In this document: in pieces, positions 17,617 through 26,904 of the stretch
How positions within the stretch are numbered: the first letter of the stretch is position 1
Layout of the letters: every line of letters starts with the position of its first letter
Source: a virus
Virus record (IMG/VR): IMGVR_UViG_3300028586_000750
Reading direction: 5' to 3' (one strand)
Length of the DNA: 64,000 nt
The notes under the pieces: model-generated
The model's database searches: none
Seen by the model: only the letters and a program-made list of their open reading frames with translations
Told to the model about the DNA's origin: nothing
Program-made: the position numbers and the translations under genes

Positions 17617-17766
17617 TTAGGAAATTTTATCCTGAATGAGTCGAGCAGCGGTAGCTGCCCAATGTCCCGCCTTGAAGTCTGCGCCAGCATCAAGGTAATA
17701 CTTTGCATCATTCAGCAGAGCAATAGCCTTGTCAAGGTCTTCCTGGGTAAGAGCAGTGTCAGCCAT
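17617..17766 (-). CDS. 49-aa hypothetical protein
   Basis: Hand-translated MADTALTQEDLDKAIALLNDAKYYLDAGADFKAGHWAATAARLIQDKIS; RBS AAGGA. Confidence 0.65.
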   Translation of the reverse strand: MADTALTQEDLDKAIALLNDAKYYLDAGADFKAGHWAATAARLIQDKIS

Positions 17767-17855
17767 AATTTTTCCTTATAAGTTGTGAATAACAGTTAAA
17801 TGATTAGTTCAACTGTATAGGATGTTTATTGATTATGCAAGTAGGGGAATGCTAA

Positions 17856-18134
17856 TTAAATGGTTGCGTGCAGGAGGTTATCGAACAGGTTGACAAGCAT
17901 CACTCGCTGGTCAAGCTCAACTTCATCTTCCGTGCCTGCGGGGAATACGATGCTGCTCTTAATCGTGTTCGTGAGAGCACCGGTTTCCTCGTTGAACCAA
18001 GTCTCAGCGACAGCAAGGATTTTGAACTCGCCAACGTAACCGGTGGCGTGGCGAAGAATGGGAGCGTAAATCTCGGTGGTTGCTTCGGTGGTGAAAGCCA
18101 GTTCGTTGCTGACAACGAGTTCCATGGTGGACAT
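17856..18134 (-). CDS. Hypothetical protein, paralogue of 17205
   Basis: See 17205. Confidence 0.7.
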   Translation of the reverse strand: MSTMELVVSNELAFTTEATTEIYAPILRHATGYVGEFKILAVAETWFNEETGALTNTIKSSIVFPAGTEDEVELDQRVMLVNLFDNLLHATI

Positions 18135-18285
18135 TGGTTTTCCTTTAGTTTGTTGTATCTCGCGGTTGAATAAATTTACTCTACCTGATTATGGTCAATG
18201 ATGTAACGCTTTCTTCTAACTTTTTTCCAAATAAGGTAAACTTGATGTTCCGATAGTTTTTGTACCACCAAAAGAATAGGTTAAA

Positions 18286-18900
18286 ATGTCCGCTCAAATG
18301 TACGGTTTTGTTCTTCTTCCCGATCAAACCAATTTACGCAAAATGGTTGAGATAAATAACTCTGTGTTCCCTGCGTCCCCGTTACAATTGGACAAGGAAT
18401 ACACTTTGCCTCATTGCACTGTATTACAAGCCCCTATTCGTAATACCTTTGACTACCAATCTTCCTTAGAGAAATTTGTTGGTTTTTCCGGCTTCAAACA
18501 TGAACCTCGTACTGAAATTGGTACTATGTATCAAGATGGGTATGCTGTTCTTATTGACGTGGATAATGCTCGCTGGTTATCTGACTTTAATGCTTACATG
18601 GTCAGGGAAGTATCAGAATTCATTGATGTTCCGCCTGTGGGAAAAGACACTGTTTTTGAGAACTCTGACCAAGAATTAAGCTACTCTTTAACAGGATACA
18701 AACGTAACCTTGCTGCCTACTCTCCCCATTTCACTATTGCAGTTAACGAGGGAAAAGATAAAGCTAGTTTTGACCCATCTGCTAACACAGCATTAGGAGC
18801 GACAGTACGTTTCCGTAAGTTGGCTTTCTGTAAGCATGGGCAATACGGGAAAGTAGCTCAGGTTATAAGCTCTGTGGATTTACCTTTTCAATGGGATTGA
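18286..18900 (+). CDS. 2H phosphoesterase-family protein
   Basis: Two HxT motifs: LPHCTVL and YSPHFTIA. Confidence 0.7.
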   Translation: MSAQMYGFVLLPDQTNLRKMVEINNSVFPASPLQLDKEYTLPHCTVLQAPIRNTFDYQSSLEKFVGFSGFKHEPRTEIGTMYQDGYAVLIDVDNARWLSDFNAYMVREVSEFIDVPPVGKDTVFENSDQELSYSLTGYKRNLAAYSPHFTIAVNEGKDKASFDPSANTALGATVRFRKLAFCKHGQYGKVAQVISSVDLPFQWD

Positions 18901-19003
18901 TACTGAAAACATCATGCGAATGTTCAGCTAGATGCCAGATTAGGAATATTTTGTCCTGAAAAGGACTAAAACATCCGCAACACGCCGTATTTTTGTGAAT
19001 AAA

Positions 19004-19033
19004 TTGACTTTATTGATAATCATAGTGTATAGT
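19004..19033 (+). promoter_or_regulatory. Sigma70-type promoter
   Basis: TTGACT-N18-TATAGT with TG extension. Confidence 0.6.
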
Positions 19034-19039
19034 AGACAA

Positions 19040-19135
19040 CTGTAACAAGCTCTTCTGATCTGGTTACTACTTTTGTTTGTTGTTGATTGTTGTAGAAAGC
19101 CCCCGCTATGTTGTAAGCGGGGGCTTTCGTCTTTG
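19040..19135 (+). ncRNA. Candidate small RNA (about 95 nt)
   Basis: Promoter, no ORF, GT-rich tract, terminator gaaagcccccgct/agcgggggctttc (19095-19128). Confidence 0.35.
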
Positions 19136-19151
19136 TGGAGCACATATTAAA

Positions 19152-19547
19152 TTACTTTTTGATAAGAATGTTAGCTTTCAAAGCAGCGGGAATAGCATAA
19201 GTAGGAAATTCTCTATCGTCTTCATAATGAGTGACGTATGCATTCTTAGTTTGGTTCCACATTACGTAACTACCTATACTGATAAACGAATATGTACGTT
19301 CATCTACGCTATCACCGTAACCTGATGAGTACGTTGTGTAAGTAATTCTTCCTTTGTCTTCGTCCAACTTTAAATTATGCAAGGAAGGAATAATATCTTC
19401 ATTGTTGCGGCTGTACATAGGCGTGTAATGCACATATAGTTCTTTGTGTTGGATTGCCCTAAAAAGCTCTTTTAGGTCTTCTAGATTTTCTATGTGAGCT
19501 ACAGATACACGAGGTAGTTCGTATTCGTAAACAATGTCTGTTTTCAT
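19152..19547 (-). CDS. Hypothetical protein
   Basis: Single long ORF in the interval, ends at the terminator. Confidence 0.6.
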   Translation of the reverse strand: MKTDIVYEYELPRVSVAHIENLEDLKELFRAIQHKELYVHYTPMYSRNNEDIIPSLHNLKLDEDKGRITYTTYSSGYGDSVDERTYSFISIGSYVMWNQTKNAYVTHYEDDREFPTYAIPAALKANILIKK

Positions 19548-19684
19548 GAGCACCTTACGGTTTAATGGGGGATAACTAGTTTACCATTAACATGACATTT
19601 TATCTAGTATTACTTCTACAAGAAACAAAGACATACATGTATCTACTTAGAAAATTGACATGCTGATATACTAAGTAGAGAACT

Positions 19685-20668
19685 ATGGTCCATACTGCGC
19701 ACAAACTGAATAAGCTATTCCTTGTAGGGTTAGCTGTTCTTGCTGTTGTTGCTTTAACTCGCATATTCTTTGATGCCCAATTCCAGCTTGGTAGTTCACT
19801 TCAAAACTTATTGAGCTTATCCATAGCTGTTATTATTGAGTCCACGCCATTTGTTATTCTTGGTATTGTTCTTTCCGGATTGTTGCAAAAGTTTGTGTCT
19901 TATGACCATGTTGCTCGCTATCTTCCGAAGAATGCTTTCCTCCGAAGAGCACTACTTTCATTAATGGGAGTGTTCATTCCAGTCTGCGAATGTGGAAATG
20001 TTCCTTTAGCCCGTGGATTGATACTTAAAGGGTTTACTGTTCCAGAAGCAATGACATTTTTGCTAGCCGCACCAATCCTTAACCCCTTGACCATTATCAC
20101 TACATACCAAGCTTTTGGTTGGGATAACGGCATTCTTGTCGGACGTATCATTGGTGGATTTGTGATTGCCAACTTGATTGCTTGGTATTTCAGCACTCAC
20201 GCTAATCCTCATGGGTTACTTACCGAAAAGTTTGAAGCTGCATGCAATCACAGTCATGGCATGGGAAAAGACATAAAGTTTTTCAATACGTTTCTTTCCG
20301 AAGTAAGCGTTATTATGCCCACTTTAATTTTAGGTAGTTTCATCGCTGGTGGCATACATGCTTTCGTTCCACAAGAGTTCTTAACACAAGTTGCGTCCAA
20401 CCCAGTTTCTGCTGTGTTAGTGATGATTGTTATGGCTTTCGTTATTGCAATCTGTTCAAACGTTGATGCTTTCTTTGCTCTTTCGTTTGCATCTATTTTC
20501 CCTTCTTACGCAATCCTAGTGTTCCTTCTTGTAGGTCCACTTGTTGATATCAAAATGTTGGCACTATTAAGGACAACATTCAAAACCTCCACTGTTGCTA
20601 CAATAGCTGTTCTTGTAGTGATATTAAGTGTAACAATCAGCTTAGGGGTAAGCACTTTCTATGCTTAA
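19685..20668 (+). CDS. DUF318-family permease (putative metal transport)
   Basis: PVCECGNVPLARGL, FLLAAPILNP, ICSNVDAF, GPLVDIK; multi-TM. Confidence 0.9.
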   Translation: MVHTAHKLNKLFLVGLAVLAVVALTRIFFDAQFQLGSSLQNLLSLSIAVIIESTPFVILGIVLSGLLQKFVSYDHVARYLPKNAFLRRALLSLMGVFIPVCECGNVPLARGLILKGFTVPEAMTFLLAAPILNPLTIITTYQAFGWDNGILVGRIIGGFVIANLIAWYFSTHANPHGLLTEKFEAACNHSHGMGKDIKFFNTFLSEVSVIMPTLILGSFIAGGIHAFVPQEFLTQVASNPVSAVLVMIVMAFVIAICSNVDAFFALSFASIFPSYAILVFLLVGPLVDIKMLALLRTTFKTSTVATIAVLVVILSVTISLGVSTFYA

Positions 20669-21383
20669 ACAACTTTCTAACCATCGCGGGCTGTTCATCA
20701 TCATGACAGTTTGCTTAGTCACATTGTGGCTTTACTTCGCGGATAAACTTGTGCTGTTCATTCATCCTCGTTATTTCCTTTTCACAGCTATATTTGCTGC
20801 GGCAGGATTGGCATTCAGCATTATTGCTTTGTGCATAAATCGCACACACGATGATCATGAAGAAGATCCTTTAGATCATGAACATCAAAATGACAGCAAA
20901 ATTAAAAACTTTGCCTATTTGGGTATTACAGCAGTAATTATCCTTGTATTTGCTTTGTTTACTCCTTCGAGCTTATCAACGCAGAATGTTAACTTAGCCC
21001 GTGTAAACAACTTCACCTTTGGGGTGAATGACAATGTAGATGTAAGCAACATAGAAAAACTGACTGTCAAAAACTGGTCAACTATTTTGAGCGGCAACTT
21101 GGCATTCAATAATGAGGAAGCTGTAAGTCTTACTGGCTTTGTTGTTCCTATAGATAAAGACAACTTCTTCTTAACACGCTATGTACTTTCATGTTGCGCT
21201 ATTGATGCCCAACCTGTAGCTGTTCCTATTTATGCTCCGAACTGGGAGGCTTCTAACACAGAAGGTGACTGGGTTTCTGTAGAAGGGTCTTTTGAAGAAG
21301 CAACCGTTGATGGATATAGCAACTCTTTGGTACCTTCAACATTAAAAATTATCGATGAACCGGATGAACCTTATGACTATTAA
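20661..21383 (+). CDS. TIGR03943-family membrane protein (permease partner)
   Basis: LFIHPRY, His/Asp-rich loop, LTRYVLSCCAIDA, GDWVSVEG; overlaps the permease. Confidence 0.88.
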   Translation: MLKQLSNHRGLFIIMTVCLVTLWLYFADKLVLFIHPRYFLFTAIFAAAGLAFSIIALCINRTHDDHEEDPLDHEHQNDSKIKNFAYLGITAVIILVFALFTPSSLSTQNVNLARVNNFTFGVNDNVDVSNIEKLTVKNWSTILSGNLAFNNEEAVSLTGFVVPIDKDNFFLTRYVLSCCAIDAQPVAVPIYAPNWEASNTEGDWVSVEGSFEEATVDGYSNSLVPSTLKIIDEPDEPYDY

Positions 21384-22443
21384 AGCAAGACGTTTCCTCT
21401 TAGGCGGGATACTCGTATTATGTTTAGCTCTCATAGGAGTATTCATCGCTGTTAACTCACATAAAGCTGACAAAGAAGTAGAGAACGCTTTCCAAAGCAT
21501 GTCAGGTTTTGTTCTTACAGACCAAGGTATTGAGAAGGTTGAACAGAATAGTGACACACTAGAAACAGCAATGGTCTTGGAAAAAGACAATATTGCTTCC
21601 TTTGATGTGGTTGATAACAAAACTTTGGTGTACGAAGTATACGCAAACAAAGAAGATACTTCTAAGTCCAACATTTTTACTTACAACCTTGACACAAAAA
21701 AGTCTGACAATGTTTTTGCAAGCACAGAAACAAACTATTTTTCGAGTCTGCATAGTTTAGACAATGGCCGTTTTGGTGTTCTAGAGACTGATGATATTAA
21801 CAATGTACGTCGTTTGATGATTTTCAATGTATCTACAGGAGTTACTGAAAATTTTGGTTCACCTACCAAAGAGAACTTCATTATTGACTGGATACCATCC
21901 CCTGATGGAAAACATGCTGCTTTCAAAGGTGTGAACGATGATGCTTACGTGTTCAATATTGAAGATGGTACTTCCACATTGATTGGTACCTTCAATAACC
22001 AGTTTGGCTTTCTAGACAACAACACAATTTGGGTGACAAACATTGAAGACGATAAGAAAATGTCGGTGTTTAATATTGCTAGCAAACAGTCTAAAGAAGT
22101 AAAATTCGCAGATGGATTAGTGAACAAAACCTTCTTAAATGGAGCTTTACTTACTAGTTCGCCTACGGAGAAAGTCATTTGGACTACTAGTGGATTTTAC
22201 AACTCAGATACGGCAAGCCAACTGGTTATTGCCACAGATGGAACTGAATATTCTACCATCTACGATTTGACGTACAACGGTTACAAGTTTTTGAGTGTTA
22301 CGCCCTCGTTTGATGCAACAAAACAAATCATGTCTATTGCTTCAACAGATAATTATGAAAACAACGTAATACTTGTTATCGACACTACAACTGGTCAACT
22401 GCTTACTACCTTGTTCGGTAAACAGTTCATCTATACAAGCTAA
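21355..22443 (+). CDS. Membrane-anchored beta-propeller-like (TolB-like) protein
   Basis: N-terminal TM; WIPSPDGKHAAF and repeated beta-blade patterns. Confidence 0.55.
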   Translation: MNRMNLMTIKARRFLLGGILVLCLALIGVFIAVNSHKADKEVENAFQSMSGFVLTDQGIEKVEQNSDTLETAMVLEKDNIASFDVVDNKTLVYEVYANKEDTSKSNIFTYNLDTKKSDNVFASTETNYFSSLHSLDNGRFGVLETDDINNVRRLMIFNVSTGVTENFGSPTKENFIIDWIPSPDGKHAAFKGVNDDAYVFNIEDGTSTLIGTFNNQFGFLDNNTIWVTNIEDDKKMSVFNIASKQSKEVKFADGLVNKTFLNGALLTSSPTEKVIWTTSGFYNSDTASQLVIATDGTEYSTIYDLTYNGYKFLSVTPSFDATKQIMSIASTDNYENNVILVIDTTTGQLLTTLFGKQFIYTS

Positions 22444-22455
22444 TTTAAGGTAATC

Positions 22456-22755
22456 ATGGAAACAATTGCTCGTCTTTTTAAGTCTGTCATCGTTGGTGTT
22501 GTCTTTGTTTTGGTGCTGCTCTTCTTCATTTTTGTGGGAGTGTTCGTTATCACCAATGCAACTGATGAAGGTTTCAGCATCCCTTACTTTTTCACTGCCG
22601 TTTCGTCAGAAGGAACTTCTTCATTGTTTAATTTCCAGTTTCAGGTAGACAATGTTTACCTGCTTCCTGCTGTTGCTGTCATAGTTGGAGCTATCTATTT
22701 CTTCTTTGGAAGTAAGAAGCCTGATGCGCACTTGGAAGAAGACATAGGTCGTTAA
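22456..22755 (+). CDS. Small membrane protein
   Basis: Two TM helices; last gene of the operon, terminator at about 22759-22799. Confidence 0.6.
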   Translation: METIARLFKSVIVGVVFVLVLLFFIFVGVFVITNATDEGFSIPYFFTAVSSEGTSSLFNFQFQVDNVYLLPAVAVIVGAIYFFFGSKKPDAHLEEDIGR

Positions 22756-22828
22756 TACAGTAAAGAGGCATATTACATTTTGTAACGTGCCTCTTTACTT
22801 TTGTTTAAAATTTTGATAAACTGGAAAC

Positions 22829-23266
22829 ATGATTAGACAGCGTTCCACTTTCTCAGCGTCAGAGTTTTTCTACGCCATTGATTTTTCGCAAACCCGTGAT
22901 TTAAAAGTTCATCATGGGGAACGTGCTGACGGAAGTACCTTCCGTTCAGCTTCTGCACATTTCGCCGCTATCTGGTTTAAGAGGAAAGCTGGTGAAATCA
23001 CCGTTGTCAAAGGAACGCTAAACCACTTCATCAGTTCAAAAGATGATGTTGAGCTTAGCCTTGATAACATTGTTGCGGATGCAAAAGCAACATTTGATGG
23101 TCGTTACGGTGGGCAAGCTGAGTTCCGCTGGAACGGAGTTAACATGTGGGCACCACAACAGGACTTCGTTACCACAAGTGCTACTCAAGCTGAGCTAGAA
23201 TTCTGCCTTCAGACTTTCCCTGAAATTCCTTTTGGCTACACTGGCTGGTACAGCATTAAAGACTAA
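22829..23266 (+). CDS. Hypothetical protein
   Basis: Leaderless TGATAAACT-N6-ATG; terminator follows. Confidence 0.7.
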   Translation: MIRQRSTFSASEFFYAIDFSQTRDLKVHHGERADGSTFRSASAHFAAIWFKRKAGEITVVKGTLNHFISSKDDVELSLDNIVADAKATFDGRYGGQAEFRWNGVNMWAPQQDFVTTSATQAELEFCLQTFPEIPFGYTGWYSIKD

Positions 23267-23352
23267 AAGACATAAAGAAGCGCATTCCATTGTTTGCTGG
23301 TGGAATGCGCTTCTTTGCTTTTGCAAATAATTAATATACCGATAGGTTTATC

Positions 23353-23922
23353 ATGGAAACTAAGTTATCATCCAAAATTTTGTACAGTGGTTTACTTAAA
23401 AAGTATGCTGGAAAACAAGCAGCTATTTTAGGTGAAGTGACGATGGAAGACGAAATAGAGCAAGCTCGTTACCGTACTTATCAAGCCCTTCGTAGTCCTT
23501 ATTACAAGAAGGCATATATCAAAAATGGTTTGTCTTTTGACGCTGAGCTACCTGATGATTATGTTCCAACTACTACTCATGTACGTAGAATTGACGCTTT
23601 AGTTTTTGAAGGACCGCAAAGGACAGCAGTTGAAATCAAAATTTCTCGTGCTGATTTCTTTAGAGACACTTTGGAGAAAAGGTCAGCGTGGATGAGACAT
23701 ACTAATAGGTTCGTGTATTTGACACCTAAAGGACTTATTAAGTTAGATGAAGTACCAGATAATTGCGGTCTTTGGGAGTATGACCCTGCTACAAGAAAAG
23801 TCACATCTGTTAAGAACGCGAAGTTGAACAAGGATGTTCAGGATTTTCCTGCTTCAATGGTTAAGTATTTTGCTTGGAGAGCTTTCATCGCAGAAAACAA
23901 AAATGGTCGTTACAATTATTAA
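23353..23922 (+). CDS. MmcB-like PD-(D/E)xK nuclease
   Basis: RRIDAL...AVEIKISRADF...Y.TPKGLI..DEVP..CGLWEY. Confidence 0.75.
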   Translation: METKLSSKILYSGLLKKYAGKQAAILGEVTMEDEIEQARYRTYQALRSPYYKKAYIKNGLSFDAELPDDYVPTTTHVRRIDALVFEGPQRTAVEIKISRADFFRDTLEKRSAWMRHTNRFVYLTPKGLIKLDEVPDNCGLWEYDPATRKVTSVKNAKLNKDVQDFPASMVKYFAWRAFIAENKNGRYNY

Positions 23923-23989
23923 AAGCTTTGCGTTTGCAGAGTTGTTGGGTTATAGTTAATACAACATCACCCACTGATTTGAAAAGGAC

Positions 23990-24217
23990 ATGAAAATGCT
24001 TGAAGTTGAGAAGGCCAAGAACGACCGTGTTGCACTGGTGGCCATTGGTTTTGGTTCCGCTTACGTTGAGGGAACTGTCACCGAGGTTCACGATGCTGGT
24101 AAGCCTTTCGTTTCCTACACTGTTGCGTGGGATGACAACGAGTACGCTGATGAGAAGTGGGGTGCTGATGAGCTTGATGAGGTCACCATTGGTAAGGTGC
24201 AGGACCACAATCTCTAA
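23990..24217 (+). CDS. Small acidic hypothetical protein
   Basis: RBS AAAGGA; SH3-like beta pattern. Confidence 0.65.
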   Translation: MKMLEVEKAKNDRVALVAIGFGSAYVEGTVTEVHDAGKPFVSYTVAWDDNEYADEKWGADELDEVTIGKVQDHNL

Positions 24218-24219
24218 AT

Positions 24220-24275
24220 AGACATATAGGTAACGCCCCGCCAGAATTAACTGGCGGGGCGTTACCTATATGTCT
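24220..24275. terminator. CCCCGCCAG-variant palindrome
   Basis: 25-bp stem with compensatory core change, AATTAA loop, convergent genes. Confidence 0.85.
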
Positions 24276-24298
24276 TGGGAAAAGACAAGCTACTCTGT

Positions 24299-24661
24299 TT
24301 ATTCTAATCCCGTAAGTATTTCTTTCTGAATTTTGTAATTGTCAATAAGAAACCTAATTTTTGTAGGAATGATATTTACAGGGCGGGTTACCGGAGCACT
24401 TGCCGCACGCCTTGACATGTCATCGATATGAAACCTATTTGTGTCTAAAACAAGGTCGCCAATGCGTTCATTAGAGGCAATATGTGTCACAGTGAAAACA
24501 AGCGAACCATTTTTATCACGCAAGGTAAGAGCGTTACCTTGTCCTTCTATGATTCGAGAAGCTACAGAAACTGTAACCATGAATCCTTCATTTTTGAAAG
24601 CTGCAATAGCCTCTTTGAGCTTCTTTAGCTCATTAGGACGTATTACTAAATTTGGTGTCAT
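24299..24661 (-). CDS. Hypothetical protein
   Basis: Leaderless TGATATACT-N6-ATG. Confidence 0.65.
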   Translation of the reverse strand: MTPNLVIRPNELKKLKEAIAAFKNEGFMVTVSVASRIIEGQGNALTLRDKNGSLVFTVTHIASNERIGDLVLDTNRFHIDDMSRRAASAPVTRPVNIIPTKIRFLIDNYKIQKEILTGLE

Positions 24662-24730
24662 ATTAGCAGTATATCAAATTGTGATGTGTTTTGCAATATG
24701 CTAGTATTGTTACATTATTGAAAGGTTATT

Positions 24731-25192
24731 ATGTTAACACGCTCTACAGTTAAGGTCAGCTTAACCCTATTCGTTATTGCTTTATGCGCCGGATGTACTT
24801 CCTCGCCTGAACCTGTTATCAGCACTCCTACGGCTACCAGTGAAGTAAACGTGGACGTTTATCCTACTTCTGAGGCGGAAGCTAGTGTAGCTGATACAAG
24901 TAGCTTAGAAGAGCTACAAACAGTTTTTCCCGAAGTTGACTTTTCGGGCATTGCCGGAAGTGTTGAACATGTTAACAAAAAGGACACAACATTCATCGTT
25001 ACTGGCACTGACATTGACGCTGGTTTAGCTTGGGCTAAGAACTCTTCATCGTTAGGTTCAGTATTGAACGGTGAAGGAACCAGTGAAGTGGATACATTCG
25101 CTTCTTCTTATGTTCAAGATGATGGAACACAAGTGGGTATAAACTATACCCAGAATTCAGACGGCTTCATTCTTTCACTATTTACTGTGTAA
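24731..25192 (+). CDS. Putative lipoprotein
   Basis: Signal peptide ending LCAG|C, then S/T/P-rich linker. Confidence 0.65.
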   Translation: MLTRSTVKVSLTLFVIALCAGCTSSPEPVISTPTATSEVNVDVYPTSEAEASVADTSSLEELQTVFPEVDFSGIAGSVEHVNKKDTTFIVTGTDIDAGLAWAKNSSSLGSVLNGEGTSEVDTFASSYVQDDGTQVGINYTQNSDGFILSLFTV

Positions 25193-25224
25193 AAGTTTAG
25201 GGTGTTTCAATCGCTCCTAAACTT

Positions 25225-25464
25225 TTAGTACACGAGTACGTTTGAAGCAACCACGACGATTGCAGATATGGCAGCAAAACCACCAGTCATACCAAAAGCT
25301 ACTCGCCACATCTGGTTGCTTTCAGCTTTCTTCGCCGCGTTGACTACTACTGCTTTAGGGGCAGTGATGCGAACGAAGGCAAAGGCCAGGGCCAGCATGG
25401 CAAACATGCCGGTCCAAACCATCAGGAATGCCATAGCCAGGTCAAAGTTCGTGAATTCGTTCAT
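25225..25464 (-). CDS. Small membrane protein
   Basis: Two TM helices. Confidence 0.6.
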   Translation of the reverse strand: MNEFTNFDLAMAFLMVWTGMFAMLALAFAFVRITAPKAVVVNAAKKAESNQMWRVAFGMTGGFAAISAIVVVASNVLVY

Positions 25465-25516
25465 AGCTTTATTCTACACATATCAACTTACGGTTACAAC
25501 ACTAATTGGAGACAAA

Positions 25517-25666
25517 ATGACTAATTTTCTAACTGCTGTAAAGAACTTCTTTTTCTTTCAACCTGAACGAGAAGATGAAGACTTTACAGACCGCCAAAGC
25601 GGGTACACCACGGAACCTTTTAGACCAGATGTTTCCTCTTTTCATTGGAACCGTAGTTCAAGGTAG
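25517..25666 (+). CDS. 49-aa hypothetical protein
   Basis: RBS GGAG; MTNFLTAVKNFFFFQPERE... Confidence 0.55.
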   Translation: MTNFLTAVKNFFFFQPEREDEDFTDRQSGYTTEPFRPDVSSFHWNRSSR

Positions 25667-25747
25667 CCGATGGGAAAAGACAGCTTCTTAGTGTAGAGAT
25701 AGGCTGTCTTTTCTGATATACTGAAAGTATATTAGAAAGGTTTTATT

Positions 25748-26080
25748 ATGTCATTTGACTACGACAAGTACCCACTCATGTTTGATGAGAACGACAATGT
25801 TGTTCTGAACGATGTAACTCTTGAATTTATTGAAAACCGTTACACGTCTGACCCTATTCCTCCATGCCGTGTTTGTGGTGCGGAGCTTAGTATTCAGCGT
25901 ATGGGTGGTGGAGAAGCAACCACGTGGGGTCATAGCAAGCCTAACGATGGGGTCACTACTTTTGGTGAATGGATGGACCATTACAGCCAGTCTAAGTACA
26001 TTGAGCGCAAAAGCGGAGATAGTTTCGTTCTCAAACTCCTTGCGGCTTACAAAGAGCTAGCATCTGAAAACAAATCCTAA
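25748..26080 (+). CDS. Ead/Ea22-like phage protein
   Basis: RY...P.PPCRVCGAELSIQRMGGG..TW and DHYSQS resemble the Ead/Ea22 N-terminal module. Confidence 0.5.
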   Translation: MSFDYDKYPLMFDENDNVVLNDVTLEFIENRYTSDPIPPCRVCGAELSIQRMGGGEATTWGHSKPNDGVTTFGEWMDHYSQSKYIERKSGDSFVLKLLAAYKELASENKS

Positions 26081-26087
26081 AATCTTG

Positions 26088-26116
26088 TTGCAAATGTCAG
26101 TGGAAGGTGCTACAGT
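26088..26116 (+). promoter_or_regulatory. Sigma70-type promoter
   Basis: TTGCAA-N17-TACAGT with TG extension. Confidence 0.65.
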
Positions 26117-26122
26117 TTAATT

Positions 26123-26355
26123 AAGCGGAAAGAAGTAGATGAAATAACCTTCATCATTGATAGCTTTTCACTATAACAGTAAGCGAGATATGGCTGACCA
26201 CCTAAGCAGTGGAGGTTGCATCCATGACCTTACTGAATTGATAGTCGGAACGGTTATGTTTCGGTAAATTATTAAATTAAAGAATAGCACTCTAAGACAG
26301 AACAAAAGCTAATTTGTTGCATACAAACGCTGTCTTAGGGTGCTTTTCGCTTTTT
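26123..26355 (+). ncRNA. Candidate structured RNA (about 230 nt)
   Basis: Several nested stems and a terminal 15-bp stem with one G-U pair followed by a T-run. Confidence 0.45.
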
Positions 26356-26415
26356 ACGTCGTAATAACGAAAACTCTGCTAAACTTAAAATATACATAAC
26401 TAAAAGGATATTATC

Positions 26416-26904
26416 ATGGAAACAAGTAACGGGTTCAGAGAAGAGTATTTCTTCCTCAGCAATTTTGAAAAGTCCCCAATGACAGCAACTATTCGTGGCA
26501 CAGAAGCAGTGTTCCCTACAGGTGAGCACCTATTCCAAGCATACAAGTTAGAATGCTCTAACATTAGCGACATTGCGGCTGTAGCAATGGTTAAACAGTT
26601 TGCTAACGCTCCTACTCCCTCTAAAGCTAAGTATGCAGGTCGTTCTGTTCCTCTAGATATTTCTGCTTGGAATGATGCTTCTTACGAATACATGCGTAAG
26701 ACTCTTCAAGCTAAATTTGGACAAAATCCTAAGCTTGCTAAAAAACTCCGTGATACTGAAGGTCTAACGCTAGTTGAATACAATAGCTGGAACGATAGGC
26801 TTTGGGGTAAAGACGAAAAGACACGAGAAGGCAAAAACCAGTTAGGTATTCTACTTATGGAACTAAGAAGTACACTCGTTGCTTTTGATGCACAGTTGTT
26901 CTAA
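26416..26904 (+). CDS. NADAR (YbiA-like) family protein
   Basis: FFLSNF, TGEHLFQAYK, TPSKAKYAGR, AKFGQNPKL, LVEYNSWNDRLWG, GKNQLGILLMELR. Confidence 0.93.
   Translation: METSNGFREEYFFLSNFEKSPMTATIRGTEAVFPTGEHLFQAYKLECSNISDIAAVAMVKQFANAPTPSKAKYAGRSVPLDISAWNDASYEYMRKTLQAKFGQNPKLAKKLRDTEGLTLVEYNSWNDRLWGKDEKTREGKNQLGILLMELRSTLVAFDAQLF

Noticed and set aside
23293-23303. E. coli Chi GCTGGTGG, and the CTGGTGG inside the palindrome cores
   Set aside because: Only one exact Chi was noticed, in a terminator loop region. The cores are symmetric so carry no polarity, and E. coli Chi is not expected to matter in an actinobacterial host.
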